A DNA stretch of 64,000 nucleotides from the human T2T-CHM13v2.0 reference genome, Homo sapiens. Location: assembly GCF_009914755.1 (NCBI RefSeq), contig NC_060941.1; one strand, 5' to 3'. The notes below the pieces were generated by a model. It saw nothing but the letters and a program-made list of their open reading frames with translations. It was not told where the DNA came from and ran no database searches. Positions 63,520 through 64,000 of the stretch are shown here, in pieces; position 1 is the first letter of the stretch; every line of letters begins with the position of its first letter. Made by a program: the position numbers and the translations under genes.

Positions 63520-63710
63520 GTTGACAATAGTAACAACAACTGGTATCTATTGATTCTTTACTCCTTTGTCCCCTATCATTGTACCATCCCCATTTTACAG
63601 AAATCAAAGCACAGAGGGGTTAAGTAACTTGCCCAAAGCCACACAGAGAGTAAGTAATGGAGTTGATATTTGACCCCAAGTAATCTGATTCCAGAGATTA
63701 TATTTTACCT
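63520..63710. mobile_element. MIR
   Basis: CCCATTTTACAG...AAGTAACTTGCCCAAAGCCACACAG...TCTGATTCCAGAG. Confidence 0.75.
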
Positions 63711-64000
63711 CCAATTATGACTCCAACAGTTTTCATATTATTTTGAGAATTCTGAGAATTATTCTCAGAATAATATATATATGTGTATATATTATATATA
63801 CATATATATATATATATGCCAGACTATGTATATAATGTATATATGTATATAATGGAACCACTACGCCTAGTAAATTGTTTTTTTTAAGGTCCCAAGAGAC
63901 ATAGGAGAGAAACTATTGGTTACTGGACATTCACCAAGTGTCAGTCATAGTTCTAAGCGCTTGTACATGAATCAGCTCAGTAATCTTAAAACCAAAACCA

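Overview
Primate (almost certainly human) genomic DNA holding the 5' end of GNA13 (G-protein alpha-13) on the minus strand. It contains a CpG-island promoter (~19.8-21.2 kb), coding exon 1 (20564-20282), coding exon 2 (17699-17473), ~17 kb of intron 2 to the left and ~43 kb of upstream intergenic DNA to the right. Exons 3-4 are not in the window. The rest is repeat-rich: roughly 75 Alu/FLAM pieces by eye (about 30% of the window), L1, L2, MIR, MaLR LTRs, Tigger/Charlie/mariner DNA transposons and a 3'-truncated 7SL pseudogene. Nearly all other ORFs in the track are Alu or GC-rich artefacts. I see no evidence of a new multi-gene system. The most interesting observations are: (1) the exon1-exon2 junction re-creates a 5' splice site closer to consensus than the real exon 1 donor (possible recursive/EJC-controlled splicing); (2) a ~150-bp AT-rich block copied in inverted orientation 7 kb away, with an AluSc later inserted into one copy; (3) a compact STAT6/RBPJ/NF-kB/ETS/AP-1 motif cluster at ~50 kb in which a tandem duplication doubled an AP-1 site; (4) several multi-layer nested insertions and locally duplicated Alus. 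Repeat boundaries and subfamily calls were made by eye from remembered consensus sequences and are approximate.
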